From: an uncultured delta proteobacterium
GTDB lineage: Bacteria; Desulfobacterota; Desulfomonilia; Desulfomonilales; Desulfomonilaceae
Reading direction: 5' to 3'
NCBI GenBank assembly: GCA_963789265.1
Contig: CAWBKB010000001.1
Span: 2,176,001-2,240,000, forward strand
Length of the DNA: 64,000 nucleotides
This document shows positions 62,380 through 64,000 of this stretch, piece after piece. The position numbers and the translations under genes are program-made. The notes beneath the pieces are model-generated. The model was not told the DNA's origin. It did no database searches and was given only the letters and a program-made list of their open reading frames with translations. The stretch's first letter is position 1. Every line of letters begins with the position of its first letter.

Positions 62380-62921
62380 TCAGATGAATAGCTGATTGCT
62401 CGAATTGGCAGCGTGGGCCAAAAAGCTGGCGACACCAACGTATTCCACGCCGGGATACTCGATAAGCTCTTCTCGTCTGAAGCCCATGAGGTCCATGGAC
62501 ATCTCGCAGACGCAGATCTTCACGTCAAGCTCAGCCGCTTGGGCGAAGAGCTGCTCCAGGTCCGGGGCCCCTTTTTCTTCATCAGACCCTTCATCATTGC
62601 CGTTCCCATGCCGCCCATATTCATCTTGGACAGCTTCAACTTGTTGTAACCCGTGGGCAGCATCCAGCCGAACATCCTCGACATCAAGTTCTTTCCTCCA
62701 ACTTGGGCCTGTGGCTTGCGCAGTGCAGCGGTGCCCCAAAAGGTAAAGAAAAGCACTACCTTCATGTCCATGGCAGCCGCGCCCACAGCGATGATCATCG
62801 CGGCCAGCACCTTGTCGAGATCGCCGGAGAATATGACCATCGACATCTTGTCTTCCCTGGGCGGTCCCAATTCATCGACTTTTTGCTTCAGATCGTTGAA
62901 CTCGGATATGTCTAAACTCAT
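62380..62921 (-). CDS. DsrE2/DrsH-like sulfur-carrier protein (frameshift in homopolymers at ~62570)
   Basis: FSGDLDK, FFTFWG and LSKMNMGGMG in one frame; GAPDLEQL..CEMSMDLMG..GVASFL in the next. Confidence 0.88.
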
Positions 62922-62934
62922 TGTCACTCCTTAC

Positions 62935-63067
62935 GTAATCATTCAGTCTTGTGGGGCAGTCCCGCGAGGCGCGGGATGGCCTGCCGAGGAAACCCCTGTT
63001 CAATGGCGGGCTAGAAAGCCCACCCCACGAAGCCACCGGCAAATTCCGGCTGTAACTGAATGCATAC
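62935..63067. mobile_element. MITE family A (IS66-like)
   Basis: gtaatcattcag...ctgaatgcatac, TSD CTCCTTAC/CTCCTTAT; homolog of 11167-11503 without the nested family B element. Confidence 0.85.
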
Positions 63068-63162
63068 CTCCTTATAGCTCGAGCCATTTGCTTCGCGGTC
63101 CGCTAGTAGTTGGCACAATGCTCACAGGGAATATTCACTCCATACAAATGCTTTCCCTGCTG

Positions 63163-64000
63163 CTACACTTGACGTTGAGCCCTTAACTCATGCGTGAACA
63201 GGGCCACAGGCCGAAGAATTGCATGAGCGAATTTCGTAAATGGCAGTAGCAGCACGAGCATCATTGCTCCTACCAGGTGGACGAGGAACACAACATACTC
63301 CCCGACCGAACCCAAGGGCAGATAGACGGAAATTTCCACGACGAATCCAGTCAGAGTCACTCCCCATAACAATCCGAGAAACAGCCAGTCTGAGAGCATA
63401 GAGTGGGAGGCGTACTTGTCGGGCCGTGTTATCCTGTTGAACAGTGCTATACTCGTCCCGTAGAGAACTAGAAGACCGGCTACAGTGCCCAACAATCGCA
63501 TTGGATAGTATATGGGGACCTGTGAGAAGGGCTCCTTGAAAAGCAAATCAAGCCCGGTCGCTGCCAGCAGTCCGAGGAACCCCCACATAATCGACAAATG
63601 AACAAAGCGGCGGCGCAGATACCATGGCCCGGGCTCAGTGTCGCACCGATCGAAGCGAGTTTGGCCGACTGCTTCGAGAACCGCCGATTTGAGTGCTGTC
63701 CAGAGACTGGACCTGTCCCCTTCCCTATCTTGGACCGGAACAGCATCATTTGCCGATCCGCCAAGAGCCTTGTTGAGACGTGTGACCATGGTGACCACGC
63801 TTAGAAGGGCAACTAAACCCGCGATTGCAATCACCGTTTGTCCGGTATAATGGATGTAACGGACATTGATGAAGCTCCCCAGTTTCAGTGCCTCCGCGGG
63901 CATAGAGCCGTACCCCGTCAGCATGATCAGAGCGAGTATCGCGGCGATACAGATGAGAAAACACACGGCAAAAGTCTTGGAAGTGTAGAGACGCCGACCC
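63163..64000 (-). CDS. QmoC/HdrE-like heme-b membrane subunit (5' end beyond window)
   Basis: Multiple TMs; HLSIMWGF, HLV and LPFTKFAH motifs typical of NarI/HdrE/QmoC membrane domains. Confidence 0.75.
   Translation of the reverse strand, partial: GRRLYTSKTFAVCFLICIAAILALIMLTGYGSMPAEALKLGSFINVRYIHYTGQTVIAIAGLVALLSVVTMVTRLNKALGGSANDAVPVQDREGDRSSLWTALKSAVLEAVGQTRFDRCDTEPGPWYLRRRFVHLSIMWGFLGLLAATGLDLLFKEPFSQVPIYYPMRLLGTVAGLLVLYGTSIALFNRITRPDKYASHSMLSDWLFLGLLWGVTLTGFVVEISVYLPLGSVGEYVVFLVHLVGAMMLVLLLPFTKFAHAILRPVALFTHELRAQRQV

Overview
Bacterial chromosomal window. Gene content (benzoyl-CoA pathway Had, corrinoid methyltransferase system, QmoC/DsrE genes, large beta-barrel proteins) suggests an anaerobic Desulfobacterota, possibly Desulfomonile-like; this is an inference. 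In order: an amino-sugar surface-glycosylation cluster, modABC-mop, a secreted Cys-decapeptide-repeat protein, ispE-tRNA-Gln, tsaC, an NtrY-like kinase, pth, had, secA, a 2-oxoacid:ferredoxin oxidoreductase operon, a TetR-linked lactonase/dehydratase/aldolase cluster, msrAB, a complete corrinoid methyl-transfer locus, an SDR, a porin-like protein, and a qmoC-like/dsrE/arsR sulfur-handling operon at the right edge. The most unusual signal is non-coding. Intergenic DNA holds at least four MITE families with readable target-site duplications, nested in each other and carrying interchangeable REP-like hairpins. A recurring 18-21 nt micro-palindrome (ATCCCGCG-loop-CGCGGGAT, about 15 copies) appears to replace arms or loops of those hairpins; filled and empty alleles both occur in the window. 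Three single-base frameshifts (modA, secA, dsrE2) are probably sequence errors. Product calls come from motif recognition only; no searches were run.
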